Positions 62,164 through 64,000 of a DNA stretch of 64,000 nucleotides are shown piece after piece. The stretch is from Thermoguttaceae bacterium. GTDB lineage: Bacteria; Planctomycetota; Planctomycetia; Pirellulales; Thermoguttaceae. Position 1 is the first letter of the stretch, and each line of letters begins with the position of its first letter. The notes under the pieces are model-generated. The model made no database searches. It saw nothing but the letters and a program-made list of their open reading frames with translations, and had not been told where the DNA came from. The position numbers and the translations under genes were made by a program. The stretch is from positions 24,887 to 88,886 of the forward strand of contig JAUMVK010000011.1 in assembly GCA_030530205.1 (NCBI GenBank), written 5' to 3'.

Positions 62164-64000
62164 TCAATAATACTGCTCAACGTAGCTGTACGCTTTGTTA
62201 AAGACTTCCTGATCCTTGATCCGGTACTTCCGCATGATGATATCACGCAGATTCTTGCTGACATCTTTTCTGCCGGTCGAGGTGTTTTGCCAGCCGGGGA
62301 AACGTACGATCCGGACGATGCCGTCGATGTCATTCACGATTCTCTCGACGATGACGGGAGTGTTATCATTTCGCACGTTCTGGAAAAGTGCTGTCAGGGC
62401 GGCTTTACCCTTGTTTGCTTCCTCTTCCGGGACCGTCTCTTTTTCGAACTGCGCCACGTCTTTTGCCAGGGCGAGCAGCGCTTTGAGGAACTCCATGCTG
62501 GTCAGCAGGCCGGCCTCATGCTCTTCGCGGAGTTTCTCCATTCTCTCGCCCAGAGCAATAAAGCGGGGGTCGTCGTGATGCTTTAGAATAATAGCGGCCA
62601 GATCCATTTCCAGCTTTTTGCGCTTCTTCTCGGAAGCCGCGTCGCCTTCGATGAATTTCTGAATGATCTCCGCGTCCATGGCGAGGACTTCTTCATCCGT
62701 CGAAACCGACTCAACCGAGATGTTTTCATGAACGAGCTGGATCGTTTTGGGGCCGAGTGCCGACCAGATCATTTTTCCGCGTTCGTCGGTCGGGCGAATG
62801 GAGTCGTACACCTTCGAAAGCCAGCGGTAATCTTCCTTGTACGGGTTCAGGCAGCTATCGGGGGAGAGCGCATTCCATACGCGGTTCAGAACCCGGTATT
62901 GAGCGCCGAATTTGTCCTTCATCTCATCGTTGGGCAAGCACTCCTGAGCGGCTACGAGACCTTCCCAATCGTCGCGGGTTCTGTCAACGCCGGGGAAGAA
63001 ATGGACGCAGGCGGCCACAAGCTCCGGAACATTTCTCTTGACTTTTTCAATATCGCTGATGATTTTCTCGACGGCCTCTGCGTCAAAGGACAGGGCTTTG
63101 GCTACATCGTCGAAAATGCCTACATAGTCAACGATGAGACCGTACGTTTTGTCCTGCCCGTAAACGCGGTTCGTGCGGCAAATCGCCTGCAAAAGCGTGT
63201 GGTCCTTCATGGGTTTGTCGAGGTACATCACCTGCAGGATCGGGGCGTCAAAACCGGTCAGTAGCTTGCTCGTGACGATGACGATCTGCAGCGGGTTGAA
63301 GGGGTCGCGAAAATCATCCAGCACCTTCGCTTCTTCTTCGCGGGTACGCCGCCACTTCCTGTACTCGTCGGCTTTATCGTTATTCGTGTCCATGACGATC
63401 GTGGACGTCGCTTCCCCGAGGAGCCGGTCCAGTTCTTTCTTGTAAAGCACGCAGCATTCTCTGTCGAAGCAGACCACCTGCGCCTTGAAACCGTTGGGAT
63501 TGATCTTCGTCATGAAGTGATCGACGATATGGGCGGCGACGGCTTTGATCCGCTCGGGGTCTTTCATGATCGCCGCCATACGCACGCGCTGGGCAACTTT
63601 CGAGCGTTCCTCCTCGGTAAGTCCCGCTTCGTCGGTAAGGGCTTTGAACTCTTCATCGATCGCGGCTTGATCCACATGGAGCTTCACCGGCACCGGCTCA
63701 AAATGCAAAGGCAAGGTCGCCTTGTCACTGACGGAATCCGCGAACGAGTAACGGCTCATGTAACCGGAGCGGTCCTCGGTGGCGCCAAACGTGGCAAACG
63801 TGTTTCGGTCCAGCTTGTTGATCGGCGTGCCGGTAAGGCCGAAAAAGAACGCGTTGGGCAATGCCATGCGCATCCTCGCGCCTAGATCGCCTTCCTGTGT
63901 CCGGTGGGCCTCATCGACCATCACGATGATATTATCTCGGAAATTGATGGCGTCGTTGATCTTGGCAAACTCGAAAATCTTGGTGATGATGACCTTGCGG
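62164..64000 (-). CDS. hsdR: Type I restriction enzyme R subunit (HsdR), 5' part off-window
   Basis: VDEAHRTQEG DEAH box, FFGLTGTP, QAICRTNR motif VI and an HsdR C-terminal helical domain. The frame is open to the window end. Confidence 0.9.
   Translation of the reverse strand, partial: RKVIITKIFEFAKINDAINFRDNIIVMVDEAHRTQEGDLGARMRMALPNAFFFGLTGTPINKLDRNTFATFGATEDRSGYMSRYSFADSVSDKATLPLHFEPVPVKLHVDQAAIDEEFKALTDEAGLTEEERSKVAQRVRMAAIMKDPERIKAVAAHIVDHFMTKINPNGFKAQVVCFDRECCVLYKKELDRLLGEATSTIVMDTNNDKADEYRKWRRTREEEAKVLDDFRDPFNPLQIVIVTSKLLTGFDAPILQVMYLDKPMKDHTLLQAICRTNRVYGQDKTYGLIVDYVGIFDDVAKALSFDAEAVEKIISDIEKVKRNVPELVAACVHFFPGVDRTRDDWEGLVAAQECLPNDEMKDKFGAQYRVLNRVWNALSPDSCLNPYKEDYRWLSKVYDSIRPTDERGKMIWSALGPKTIQLVHENISVESVSTDEEVLAMDAEIIQKFIEGDAASEKKRKKLEMDLAAIILKHHDDPRFIALGERMEKLREEHEAGLLTSMEFLKALLALAKDVAQFEKETVPEEEANKGKAALTALFQNVRNDNTPVIVERIVNDIDGIVRIVRFPGWQNTSTGRKDVSKNLRDIIMRKYRIKDQEVFNKAYSYVEQYY

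Overview
This is a mosaic 64-kb window from a GC-rich chromosome. The gene content looks like the PVC superphylum (Kiritimatiellota, Lentisphaerota or Verrucomicrobiota type), but that is inference only. All calls come from reading the ORF translations and the DNA by eye; no searches were run.

The GC-rich core blocks encode glycan and sialic-acid catabolism. They include a sialate O-acetylesterase, a cluster of ceramidase-like, Gfo/Idh/MocA, HEAT-repeat and TIM-barrel genes, an alanine:cation symporter, an AGE epimerase, the NanA lyase, and a Kelch-mutarotase::SSS-transporter fusion. The right-hand block holds a cupin, MarR and TetR regulators, an alpha/beta hydrolase, a flavoprotein, a GNAT acetyltransferase and an aldo/keto reductase. 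It ends in a type I restriction hsdR gene that runs off the window.

Three visibly AT-richer accessory islands interrupt the core:
- **Island A (about 12.0-14.3 kb):** a stand-alone Card1/Can2-like CARF + PD-(D/E)xK nuclease, bounded by about 100-bp inverted repeats and abutting an ISL3 transposase remnant.
- **Island B (about 22.5-34.6 kb):** IS and prophage debris, a TerY-P-type triad (PIN-fused Ser/Thr kinase, vWA, PP2C), a secreted nuclease-like/glycine-zipper protein, an orphan 4-repeat CRISPR mini-array and a broken integrase.
- **Island C (about 36.3-53.4 kb):** bracketed by paralogous FGE-family genes. It carries a DUF1016 nuclease with a premature stop, an operon of a RelE-like::UvrD helicase plus two paralogous palm-cyclase-like proteins, sbcDC, and a tightly coupled three-gene membrane operon.

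The membrane operon (large membrane protein, TM-anchored Ras-like GTPase, GAP1-N-like TM protein) and the helicase + cyclase-like operon are the best candidates for uncharacterised conflict systems.

Two families of structured intergenic repeats are also present. One is long-armed hairpins with a shared core. The other is CCGATCGTG...CACGATCGG REP-like palindromes, which form two clusters around an inserted AAA ATPase gene.
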